Assembly (NCBI RefSeq): GCF_016433145.1
Contig: NC_058134.1
Location: forward strand, 281,902,518-281,966,517
Source: Gracilinanus agilis
Lineage: Eukaryota
Length of the DNA: 64,000 nucleotides
Direction of reading: 5' to 3'
Positions 25,927-46,434 of this stretch are shown piece by piece. Within the stretch, counting starts at the first letter, position 1. Each line of letters opens with the position of its first letter. Position numbers and translations under genes: made by a program. Under the pieces are notes generated by a model that was given only the letters and a program-made list of their open reading frames with translations, searched no databases and was not told the DNA's origin.

Positions 25927-25986
25927 GCCCGGGCAACTCCGCCAAGGACGGTCCCACGCCTGGCTGAAAAAGGAGGAGGGTTGGGC
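25927..25986 (+). ncRNA. Putative type-P1 twister self-cleaving ribozyme
   Basis: C^AA-CTCC-GCC-AAGG-ACGG-T-CCC-ACGC-CTGG-CTGAAAAA-GGAG-G-A-GGG-TTGGGC. P2, P4, T1, T2 and the conserved catalytic A/G positions all map onto the twister consensus. Confidence 0.75.
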
Positions 25987-26403
25987 GCGAGGCTAGCAAC
26001 CTCACCCCGTAAAAATCTCACTTGCTATAGAAACTGCAACCTCATTAAACCAACAAAACCAATGATCGCCTAGTCTGGAAGATTGCTCTCCAACAGAGTC
26101 CATGATGCGTGCTGGCAAAAGCCAACAAACTCCAGGCCTACGTCAAATCTTGAACACCAGATGGCCTGAAAAGATCTCCAATACCAGACTCTGGGAAAGA
26201 ACAATTCAGTATCCCATCAGTCAGGACGTTATGAAAAAAAAAATATGGAACCCACCAGGGAGGAGAAAAATCAGAAGGCCAAAACAGACCTGGCAAAGAT
26301 ATGCCCAGTTGGTGGAAGTTGCCCAGAACAGAGTCCATTGGCGTGAGATGGTTGCGGCCCTATGCTCCTCTGGGAGTCAATAGGAATAATAAAATAATAA
26401 ATA
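25935..26403 (+). mobile_element. Young non-autonomous RTE-clade retroposon with 15-16 bp TSD
   Basis: TSD ATAGACAGCCCGGGCA at 25920-25935 and 26404-26419. Carries an RTE ORF C-terminal remnant (ILNTRWPEKISNTRLWERT...WNPPGRRK..RPKQTW...AQNRVHWREMVAALCS) and an (AAT)n-type tail. Confidence 0.85.
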
Positions 26404-26719
26404 ATAGACAGCCCGGGCAGTGTGGCCAAGTTTTCTTAACCAACTGGAATACATTTCCTAAGCAACACCTCTCTTGTTCATCCAGTGGTTTTCAGGGGCC
26501 TTTTGTACTCAGCCTGGCCCTTGAATGAATGAGTATGATGTGTTCCCTCCTAGTGAAGGTATCTGTCACTTACTTAAAGTATCCAGGCAGAACATCTTAT
26601 CACTTACTTAAAGTGAGATGAGAGAATTAAGGGATACACTCAATGTCCTCTTTACCCTTATAGACAAACACATGTTGGTCAATTTTTAAGAACAGGATGG
26701 GGTGGCGGGGGAGGGGAGA

Positions 26720-26900
26720 TACTAGACACATTTTTAAAGCTTAACCGGCATTATTAACCTTTTTTCCGTCACATTCTTGAGTCTAGACGATCAGCAAAAT
26801 AATTTTTAAAAGCCCTGATTTGTAGCTTTGCTCGTTTCCAAAGTGTAACTTCTCCCATTGAAAATTTAATCAGCTAGCTCTCTTGAGCCAGTTTGCCTGT
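26720..26900 (-). mobile_element. MER63-like (hAT-Blackjack) DNA transposon fragment
   Basis: Reverse complement resembles the MER63 core (AAATCAGGGCTT...GTCTAGACTCAAGAA), recalled from memory. Confidence 0.6.
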
Positions 26901-26944
26901 TCCAACCTATTATAGGTTTGTCGACTCAAGATGATTGAGAGCCA

Positions 26945-27110
26945 GGAAGAACTGGATTGAGAGAGACGGGAGATTCTAGGTACAAATCTGGTTTCAGACA
27001 CTTCCCAGCTATGTGACCCTGGGCAAGTCACTTAACCCTCATTGCCTAGCCCTTAATGTTTTCTGCCTTGGAACCAATACATAGTATTGATTCTAAGACG
27101 GAAGGTGAGG
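26945..27110 (+). mobile_element. SINE1_Mdo-like SINE
   Basis: Core and tail. Confidence 0.8.
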
Positions 27111-27780
27111 AGAAGAGAGACAGAGACAAAAAGATGCAAATCCAAAACCTCAGAGGTTTCACCCACATCCTGCAAATTGACAAGCTGAGCAAAGGGAATG
27201 TTTAATTTTTGTCTGTGTCTCCCTAGCACCTAGCCCAGTGCAAAGATCATTCTTTCTATGTACCTAAATTGGTTGATGTTGTACAAGCACCCTATCCAGT
27301 ATTCTAAATTCTATGGTTTGTCTTTTTACCAGTGGAAACTGGGAAGCCAGTGGAGCTTGAATTGCTGTTTCAATGTAGCAATTTCCTTTCGGCCATCATC
27401 GAGGAGTAATTTGGTAACAAGCTAATATATTGTTTCTTTTCTTATAACTTGGAGGACTTTGCTCTACCTCACAGTCTCAGATTTCTTCTTCTACTGAACT
27501 ATCTCACCTTCAAGCTTTTTTTTTTTTTTTATTAAATTTGCTGAATGTGTGTTTTAAGCCTCTTCTATAATCTCCGTCCCTTGAAGTCTTCATACCAAAC
27601 AGTCAATTTGCTTTAGTTCTTGATCACAGATGAGGCCTCCAATGCCAAACTATCATTTCTTTCTCAATACTGGTTCTTTGGTCATTGGTTTCTTCTGAGC
27701 AAAATGAAAATTACCTTCTCAGATGTACTTGACATATTTATGACCATACAATTAGTTATAGCAGAAAAGAATTCTCTAAA

Positions 27781-27962
27781 GGGGCAGCTGGGTGGCTCAG
27801 TGGATTGAGAACCAGGCCTGGAGACAGGAGGTCCTGGGTTCAAATCTGACCTCAGACACTTCCTAGCAATGTGACCCTGGGCAAGTCACTTAACCTCCAT
27901 TGCCTAGCCCTTAATGTTTTCTTCCTTGGAGCCAATACACAGATTCTAAGACAGAAGGTAAG
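27781..27962 (+). mobile_element. SINE1_Mdo-like SINE
   Basis: Full head, core and tail. Confidence 0.85.
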
Positions 27963-27964
27963 AA

Positions 27965-29990
27965 GAAGCGAGACAGAAACAAAAAGATGTAAATTCAAAA
28001 CCTCAGAAGTTTCACCCACATCCTGAAAATTGACAAAAATGCCAGAAAATGGCAAAAGTCAGTGTTTGAGGGGTTGTAGAAGCAAAGGCATACTAATACA
28101 TTGTAGATGGAGCTGTGAAATGTTAAAGTTTGGAAAGCAATTTGTAATTATGCAAATAAAGTGATTAAAATGTCTTTTCCCTTTGAATTAAAAGATTCCT
28201 TTCCTGAATCTCTGCCCCAAGAAAGGCATCAATGAGAAAAAAGGCCCCTATACATATGCCAGCTATTTCTAGTAGCACTTCTTGTGGTAGTTAAGAACTG
28301 GAAACAGTGTAGATGCCCATCGACTGGGCTAAGCAAATTATGATATGTCGATGTCGTGAAATATTACTGCATAGTGAGAACCGATGTGTGTGATGAATGT
28401 AGAGAAGCATGGAGAGATCTCCATGAACTGCTATGGAGTAAGCAATATACACCAGAACTACAACTCAATGGAAAGAACAATGAGTAAGTGCATCACATCT
28501 AAAGTGAGTGCAACAAAATGATAAAGATCAAAAAGGACTCAAGTGAAGAGAAATGAGAAGCCCCAGCCCCAACTCATGCCCTTGTTACCCATTTGCCTTT
28601 GTTTCCAGACTTTCTCAATTTATCCATCAGTTGTGTGAATTTCCCTCCCCATAAAAATAATATTTTTTATATCATATGGGATGGCTCTCTGGGAGGAAAG
28701 GGAATATGGGTACATGGGATGGTATAGTGATGTAAGAAGCAGAAAATAGCAATAAAAAACTTATTTTTTAAAAAAGAAATTTCTTCTTCACTTGTGGCTG
28801 GGGCTTACCCCAAACCGTTATGACCTTTGTTCTCTTGGTCTTTCATTTTCGAAAAGAGAAAAATGTTTATTGTTCTCTCCATAAATGCTTTTGAACTTTT
28901 ATCTTGGAACCTATATTATTGTGACTTTTGTTTGTCTCCCTACAATCTAGCCCCACCTTGTCCTTTCTTTGTACTGACTGCACTTCTTGCTTGAAATCTT
29001 CACCCTCCTCATTTCCTAGCTTCCCTGGCTTTCCCCTCTTTCTTGTGAAACCCTTACCTTCCTCTTAGAATCAATGCTTAAAAATCAGTCCGAAGGGAGA
29101 AGATCGATAAAGGCTGGGCAATTGGGGTTAAGTAACTTGTACAGAAATATTTATAGCTGCTTTTTTGTAGTGACAAAGAATTGGAAATTAAGGGGATGTT
29201 CAACAATTAGGGAATGGCTAAACAAATTGTGGGATATGGTGGTGATAGAATAATACTGTGCTATTAAAAAAATTATGAACAGAATGATTTCAGAAAAAGC
29301 TAGAAAGATTCACATTAAAAAACATTTTTTTTACTAATTACACATAACAAATTTCCACACAAATTTTTATAAATTTTATGGTTAATTTCCTGGTTCTGCT
29401 TATTTCACTCTGCATCAGTCTCTGAAAGTCTTTCCAGCTCTGTTCATCAGTGCTTACACACAATAGTATGGAAAGATCTGCATGAACCGATGCAGAGTAA
29501 AGTAAGCAGAACTGGTAGAAACATTGTGCACAGTACTAGCAATATTGTACGATGATCATCCGTGATAGACTTAGCTACTCTCAGCAATACAATGATCTAG
29601 AACAATTCTGAGGGACTTATGAAAATAGATAGGCTAATAGATAGGTAGCCACCTCCAGATAAAGAACCACTGGAGCTGGGATACAGATGAAAGCAGACTG
29701 ACTTTATGGTTTATGGAAGTATGTTTTGCGTGATAATGTATATATGTTTGTATGTATGTATGTATGTTTTGCATGATAATGTATGTATAACCCAGATCGA
29801 ATTGCTTACCATCTTTGAGAGGAGGGAGGGAAAGTAGGTAGGAATGGAAACATTTGGCTCTTATAGGAAAAATTTGGATCTTATAATTTCAGAAAGTGTA
29901 CAGTATCTTGAAAGTTGTTATTATGTGTAATTGAGAAAATTAAGCATCTTTGAATATTAAAAATTAAATAAAATAAACTGTGGTTCACAG
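27965..29990 (+). mobile_element. L1 3' fragments (at least two, with a short inverted piece ~29330-29470)
   Basis: L1 3' motifs (GGAATGGCTAAACAAATTGTGG, ACAATGATCTAGAACAATTC). Confidence 0.7.
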
Positions 29991-30084
29991 ATTTGGATCA
30001 GAAAAAATAATACATCTCTGTTTTAATATGAGTAGGTTTGTTTGTAATCATGTATATTTTGTCTCATGCTGTTAAAACATTAGT

Positions 30085-30262
30085 CTCCCCGAGTTCATAT
30101 CGGGCCACAAACACTCACTAGCTATGTCTCAGGCAATTCATATCATTCTATTTGCCCCAGTTTCCTCATCTGCCAAATGACTTGGAGAAGGAAATGGCAA
30201 ATCACTCCAGTATCTTTGCCATGACTAAATGGGGTCGTGACAGCTGGACATGAGTGAAACAG
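30085..30262 (+). mobile_element. MAR1-like CORE-SINE
   Basis: CAGTTTCCTCATCTG core plus GGAGAAGGAAATGGCAAATCACTCCAGTATCTTTGCC tail. Confidence 0.75.
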
Positions 30263-30630
30263 TTACTTTTTTTAGCCTATCTGCTAAGATGGTTTGCTGG
30301 AGTGTGGCCACTGTGCATACTACAGTTTTTGGAGCCACAGGTAAGAGTCAGTGCCAGATGGACACCCACAAGTAGATGAGCTACCCTAAAAAAGGATTGG
30401 CAAGCCCTCACAATAGAGGTGCTAGTCTTCCTTGAACACCTATACATCCCTATCTTACAATATTTTGGCTGTGAGAGGAATCACAGCTAAAACATGTTTG
30501 CTTTGGGGTTATGTTAATGTTAATAAATTTTATAGTCACTTAAATATTTATTGAAGTCTAGGAGAATAGGGTTTTTGATATACAGAGAAATATGAGTATA
30601 TGGGGAAATAGTTCTCCTGTTTATGTTTAT

Positions 30631-30798
30631 TTTAATTTTTTAAACCCTTACCTCTGCCTTAGTATCAATTCCAAGACAGGAAAGTGACAAGGACTAGGCA
30701 CTGGGGTTAAGCAACTTGCCCAGAATCACATAGCTAGGAAGTATCTGAGGCCACATTTGAACCCAGATCTTCTGAACTCTCGGCTACTTAGCTGCCCC
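30631..30798 (-). mobile_element. SINE1_Mdo-like SINE
   Basis: Diagnostic tail and core. Confidence 0.75.
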
Positions 30799-31799
30799 TT
30801 CTCCTTATGTTTATTAATTATAGTTAAATAAAATGGAGGTTTAATGATTTGGTGCTAGTTGATTAACATTTGATGTTAATTAGTGAGATGTTATAATTTT
30901 AGTCATTAATAAGGAAATAGCCAAACACAGCCCTGGATTGTTCTATAACTCTGGCTAAGGCTGAAAGATAATCCGAAATTGAGTAGTGACCACTGGAAAA
31001 GTGAGAGAGAACCAGCAAGTAGGAGGATCAGGGAAAGCCTCCTGTAATTGGTGGCTCCTGAGATGAGCCTTGAAGCCAGAGATTCGAAGGAAGAGGCCAG
31101 ATTGAGAAGGGAAAGAATTCTTGGCATAATGGATATGGAATGGTTTGTATTTGACCAATTAGTAGGTCGGTTTTCTAAATTAACTTGAGATCATGATGGG
31201 GAGTTTGAGATTATCGTGTCATTGTAGCAGATCACAAACATGCCTCAGCTTCTTTGTCACGTTTGTGAAAGGGCTCCTCTGGCTGACTCTGTGTTCTACA
31301 ATCCCCCAAAAGAGGCCTCAAGTCATAGCTTGTTAGCTGCATGGTCAGAATTCAAACCAAAGTCCCAGGCTAGTGTGCCTTCTACCACTGGGGGAAAAAA
31401 AAAAGAGGCAGTTAAAAATTAGAGTTAGAAGCAGTACCAGACAGAGGTTAACTAAAGCAATTAAGTTGATCTGATTAATTAAAAGAATTTAATTAGTTAA
31501 TAAAACATTAATCATACTGGGAGGGAAGAAGAAATCATATTGCCTTCAGCCACAAGCCATTTCCATAGGCTGGAGCTGTTAACCAAACCCAGGGGAGAGA
31601 GGGGAGGTGGAGAAAAATAAGTAGAAGAGATAAGGGGCATGGAGAAGGGAAGGAATTGGGAATTAAATGAAGATAAGACAGATATATTATGCTGATAACT
31701 TCTCCTCTGAGTCCCAAGCTGATTCCCCCCAAAACCAGAGGATTGGGGCAAAGGTTACCCCTCTGTTCTAAGTAGAAACACCTAAGGGTCAAGAGTGAT

Positions 31800-31958
31800 T
31801 CAGCCAGCCCTCTTGTCACATGTTGGGGGAAGGGAGTGGATTCTCTGATGTCACAGCCGGTGGGGGCCTCTGTCAGCTCTTCATACAAGCAGGCTGTGAA
31901 CCAGAGACGGTGTAGAGGAAGCTGAGACAAAAAAAAAGGGGAAAAAGAAGTAGGCCAG
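31800..31958 (+). other. ARHGAP9: Probable non-coding first exon of ARHGAP9
   Basis: Unique sequence ending in a strong donor CAG|GTAAGG, ~820 nt upstream of the exon 2 acceptor (CCACAG|, 32776). The TSS is not determinable. Confidence 0.5.
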
Positions 31959-32798
31959 GTAAGGAGGAGGAAGAAAAAGTTGACTAGCGATTGGAGTTAA
32001 GGCCAGACCAAAGTGCACATTATCTCAGAGGGAAAGCTAGCCTTCTCCTTTGTGGGCTTTTGAGGAATCCTTTCCAGAAGTCAGATACTGGCTCCTTCAG
32101 AACCTATTGGGGCCTGATAGTGTAGAAAGGCTTCTAGATCAGAGAAACTATATTCTGCGAGAATCTGGAGCCCCTGCCTCCAGATGGTTCTCTAGTTGCT
32201 CTAACTTTTTTTTGGTCTAGTTCTCTGGGTCTAAAATTCAAAGGCGGCACAGGAAGCAAGCAACCTTAAGTCTGAAGTGCTCAATGCAAAAACCTTTCAT
32301 GTTTATGTGCCTGTAGCTCCTTCATTTTCTCTTGGTCTCTGGGTATCTCTCCTAGCTTTTTACTTCTGGCCTTGTCTCCTTCTCTCCCCAGTCCAAGCTG
32401 TGGGACCCACGATCTGTGACTCTCCACCACTGGATACAATGGGCCTTTCAAGACATGGGACTGAAGAAGTAACAGCTAAGGTTGTTCCTCTGACTTCCTG
32501 TCCCTCTCAGTCACTCAGGCCCTAACCCAGCCCTCTGACCACATCCTCTCTCCCCCCCCCTCTCTCTCTCTCTCTCACCTCAGGCATTCCCTTCTGTCAT
32601 CCATACCACTCACAGAGTCTTGGGCTTAGAAGTTCTCTCAGAACCTCCCAGTATCCCTTGGAACTTGAAGAATTGAAGTACTTCCACGTGTCTTCAGTTT
32701 GGTTGCTTGAACTTCTGTTCTCTGTTCTTGGTCTCCATCTTGCTCTAGGTATCTGATGCCTCATCCCCTCCACAGAAGACCAGGGGCTTCTAATTGCC

Positions 32799-42180
<9,382 letters not shown>

Positions 42181-42847
42181 ATCCTGGACTTTGCCCTACA
42201 TGAGTGTGTTGAGCTGATCTCAACTCTGAAAGCAAGGGTTAAGAGGGATGGGACCTCCATTTGTTAGCCATAACATTTGAGCAGAACTTCCATCTGTTAG
42301 CCATAACATTTGGTTAAACCTCCATTGGGTAGCACATTTGATTCCAATGGGTGATTTCCATTTTGAGGGTTTACATATTAGGAAAACTTGTGAATATTTT
42401 TTGTATTAGGAGAGAGGGTCTTCTTTGGGGGAGTCTGTTTGGGACGTTACACCCATTCATGATACATTCAGTATCATCTGATTTTAGCCTTGTGTATTGG
42501 GGATGGTTATCAAGGCATTTTCAATTAAGGAAATACTCACATACAGCCCAGATTCATCCTAGAGGCAACCTGAGCCCAAGAAAGGGGATCAGATTTTCCT
42601 TATTGCTTTGGTTCCTTGTGCCCCCACCAAGCACCAGAACTCTGAGAAAAACAAAGCTTAGGTAGGGCTCCTATTTACAAGTCTCCCCCAAAGTGGTTCT
42701 GAGAGTCTCTGTGAGAAAAGGTACTTCATTTACAAATTAAATGATCAGGTATAGGACAACTATTTCCTTTGTGCTTTAAGTAGCTACTGAAACTGCTGTA
42801 TGCTTAAAATACAAAAGATTCATCTGTGTATTAACAAATACTTAAAA

Positions 42848-42853
42848 AATAAA
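42848..42853 (+). terminator. Candidate ARHGAP9 polyA signal AATAAA
   Basis: First canonical hexamer I found after the stop; an ATTAAA also lies at 42736-42741. Confidence 0.4.
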
Positions 42854-43463
42854 ACAATAACATGTCACAGCTGTTCTACAATCTCCGAGTGGTAAAGGCA
42901 TTTATGAGACTACTGCTGCTAAACAAATATTTCCCCTTCAACCTGAATCTGTACTGTCCAAGCAACTGAAAAGGTTCAGGTCTTGTGGCTCAACCAAACA
43001 TGGCTCTTTATCTCTAGTTTCAGGATGAAACCTGGGGTCGTCTTTTTTTTTTTTTTTTTTTTTTTTTACCTGGAGAAGCAGACTGGAAGCACTTTTGGTT
43101 GAGTAGCACAGCTGCAACAAAAACTCAAGAACTTCCAAACTTGTGAGGTAGCCACTAAGGTTGGAAAGGTCCATCTCCGCATCTAAGGTTGTGGCAAACG
43201 TCTTATGGGTGGTAGGCCTGTGCTCAGGGAAGAAAGACAAAACAATGAAGACAACCAGGAACTCAAAGTTTAGTCTCAGGTTCAAGCAGCCAGCACATGT
43301 TCTTGTTGCAATATGCTTACAACTACCATTGTCACTGCAGGGTGTAGATAGGTAGACAAGTTACAAGTGTCTATAGATAGGAAAGAAATCCCCTTCTCTC
43401 CTCACTGAAAATCCAAGGTAGAGCTAGAAAAGTCCCAAAGCAAAACACTCAAAAGAAAGTGAA

Positions 43464-43630
43464 GGGGCAACTAGATGACACAGTGGATAGGGAGCCAGGC
43501 CAGAGGACCTGGGTTCAAATCTAGCCTCAGACACCTTCCAGCTATGAGACCCTGGGCAAGTCCCTTAACTCCATTTGCCTAGGACCTTATGTCTTAGAGT
43601 TGTTACTAAGACAGAACATGAGGGTTGTTT
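43464..43630 (+). mobile_element. SINE1_Mdo-like SINE
   Basis: Head and core. Confidence 0.75.
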
Positions 43631-43789
43631 GTTGTGTGTGTGTTTTTTTTTGTTGTTTTTTTTTTTTTTAAGAGAGGCTGAAGCCTTTTTTCCACCTGCT
43701 AAGGGGGAGATTCCTGAGCTGACAATCATCTTCAATGCCACTAGATTCAGGGAAACTAAAGTACCAATCAGGAGTTGTTCACTGAGTAA

Positions 43790-45595
43790 GTTATAGTATA
43801 TGATTGTAATGGAATACTAATATGCTGTAAGAAAGGATGAACAAGAGAAGCTCAGGAAAAATTGGAAAGACTTACATGAACAGAAACAGAGTGAAATAAG
43901 CAAAACCAGAAGAATATTTACACAGTGACAGGAATACTATACAATGAACAACCGTGAATAACTTAACTCTTCTCAGCAATACAATGATCCAAAACAATCC
44001 CAAAGGACACATGATAAAAAAAAATGCCAGCTGCTTCCAGAGAAAGAACTGATAGAATCAGAATCCAGACCAAAACAAACTTTTTTCACTTTCTTAACTT
44101 GTTCTGTTGTTCATTTCCCTCCACAAAAAGAATAATATGGAAAAATATTTTACATGACTGCACATGTAAAATCTTTATGAGAGGGGAAATGGAAAGGAAG
44201 AATTGGAGACTCAAAATTCTTTTTAAAAAGTTGGAAACTATACATGTAATGAAAATTGTAAAAAGAGATAAAATCTTAGAAATTCCTTTTACTCATAATT
44301 GGGGTGAAAATAACATTTAAAAAATTAAAAACACAACAGTTTGGCAAAAGAGACACATATGCAAAAAAAAAACCATGAAAATAATACCTTAGCAGTCAGA
44401 ATTGCCCTAATGGTAAAAGAAGTACAAAAATTTACTGAAGAAAAGAATTCTTGAAAAAGGAAAATTGGCCAAATGAGAAAAGAAGTATTGAAGAAAAATC
44501 CCTTAAAAATTAAAATTGGGGTGGGCCCTGTAGCTAGGTGGTTCAGTGATGAGAGCCAGATGTGGGGATCAGATGTCTAGTCTCAAATCTAGCCTCAGAC
44601 ACTTCCTAGCTATAGGACCATGGACAAGTCACTTAATTCCAATTGCTTAGCCCTTACTACTCTTTTGCCTTGGAATCAATACTTAGTGTTGATTCTAAAA
44701 CTGAAGGTAAGTATTTTAAAAAAGAATGGTTGGACTTATAAAAAAATGTTCTAAATCACTATTGATTAGGAAAAGGCAAATTAAAACAATTCTGAGGTGC
44801 TTCACATTTAGCAGATTGGTTAAATGAAAATGAGAAATGTTGGAGATGTGGGAAAATTGAGACACTAATACATTGTAAGTGGAATTGTAAAATGATCTAA
44901 CTATCCTGAAGAGCAATTTAGAACTATGCCCAAAGGCATATAAAACTGTGCATGCCCTTTGATCCAGCAAAACCACTACTAGATTTATATTCCAAAGATA
45001 TTCAAGAAAGAAAGAAAAAGGACCTATTTACACAAAAATATTTATAGCAGCTCACTTTGTGGTGACAGGGGAATGGCTGAACAAGTTGTAGTATATAATT
45101 GTAATGGAATACTATTGTGCTACAAGAAATAATGAACAAGATGATTACAGAAAAACCTGGAGTTATCCAAATTAATGCAAAGTGAAGTGAACAAACCAAA
45201 AGAACATTGTACCCAGTAACGTAATATTGTACAATGATCAACCATGAATGGCTTAGTTATTTCCAACAATCCAATGATCCAAGACAATTCCAAAGAACTC
45301 ATGATGAAAAATGGTACCCACTTCCAAAGAAAGAACTGATGGAGTCTGATTGCAGATTTATTACTTTATTTTCTTAATATGAGTCTTTTCATCATGACCA
45401 TTTTGGAAATATGGTGTTCATGACTGCATATGTATAACCTAGATCAAATTGTTTACTGTCTCAGGGAGGGGGAAAGAAGGAAGAGAGAATATATTTTGCA
45501 TGATAATACATGTAAAACTGATATCAAATTGTTTACCATCCCCAGGAGGGGAGAGGGAAGGGAGAGAGTTTGGATCTTATAACAACTTCAGAAGA
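43790..45595 (+). mobile_element. L1 3' and ORF1 fragments with a nested SINE
   Basis: L1 3' motifs (GAATACTATTGTGC, AGTGAAGTGAACAAAACC). Confidence 0.75.
44529..44722 (+). mobile_element. SINE1_Mdo-like SINE
   Basis: Core and tail. Confidence 0.8.
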
Positions 45596-46434
45596 TGTGT
45601 GAAAGTAGCCAAAATCACATCTTTAGCTTTTACTACCAGCTGGGGAAGATCTGGCCCCACAGTTTACTAATCTCACTAATCTATTGAGTCAACAGAGCAG
45701 AGAAGAAGCTGTAATGGGGAGATTAAGCAGTAGCACTCAGGCTGAGTCTAAAGACCTGAGGGTTCCATAATGGAATGAAGCTGGGATTTTGAAAAGAGGA
45801 GTGGGAGTTTGACCAAGCTAGAGAAAAGGAGGTGTGTTGGCTGTGTGGTCTAGGTTTTGCCATATACCCAAGGAACTGTCAGTGTGGGATACTACTGAGA
45901 GAAGATTCTTCAAGGAAAACATCGTGGCTTAGGTTGAGGAAAGGACTGGGTTATCTGTTGGCAGACAACAGGTCAATCTACCTTACTCCCTGGAGTCTGT
46001 TTTGGATTAATTGGCTGCTTTTGAACTTGTTCCTGTTACATCTGTGACCAGCTTGGAGCATCTCTGAACTTGTACTGTGATAAACCCTCTTCGGCCCTCT
46101 TAGTCTAGGTAGTGAATAGCTCAGTTAGGTAAAACTTTAGTCTATTTAACTTTTAGGTTAGTCTGTTAGCATATAAACACCCCTCTCCCTACTTCCCTCA
46201 GTTATTACCATTAAAGACAATTTCGTTAGCACTTCCTATCTCCTCTTAGTTATAAGAACCCACTATATTGGTTTTTCCCTGGTTGGCAGTTTGTCAGTTA
46301 CAAGTCAACTGACATTCCTGAAACTCGCATCCCCATTTGGTTTACCTATGTTCCCCTGTCTGTCCTTCCATTGTGAAGAGTGAGTGTGTCCTCAGTTTAT
46401 TATTCATTCCCCATTCCCAGTACCATCTTTTTCA
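45596..46434 (+). mobile_element. Solo ERV LTR (839 bp)
   Basis: TG...CA termini, 4-bp TSD AAGA, ATTAAA at ~46210. Confidence 0.7.

Larger units (their letters stand above)
25177..26640. mobile_element. LTR-like sequence hosting the RTE insertion
   Basis: Starts TGTAG at a break in an L2 fragment; the right boundary is uncertain. Confidence 0.35.

Noticed and set aside
25927-26030. HDV-like ribozyme fold for the RTE 5' end
   Set aside because: No consistent P1/P2/J4-2 topology could be built; the twister-P1 consensus fits every conserved position instead.
27781-27860. tRNA genes
   Set aside because: The A/B-box-like sequences are tRNA-derived SINE heads continuing into SINE cores; no cloverleaf.
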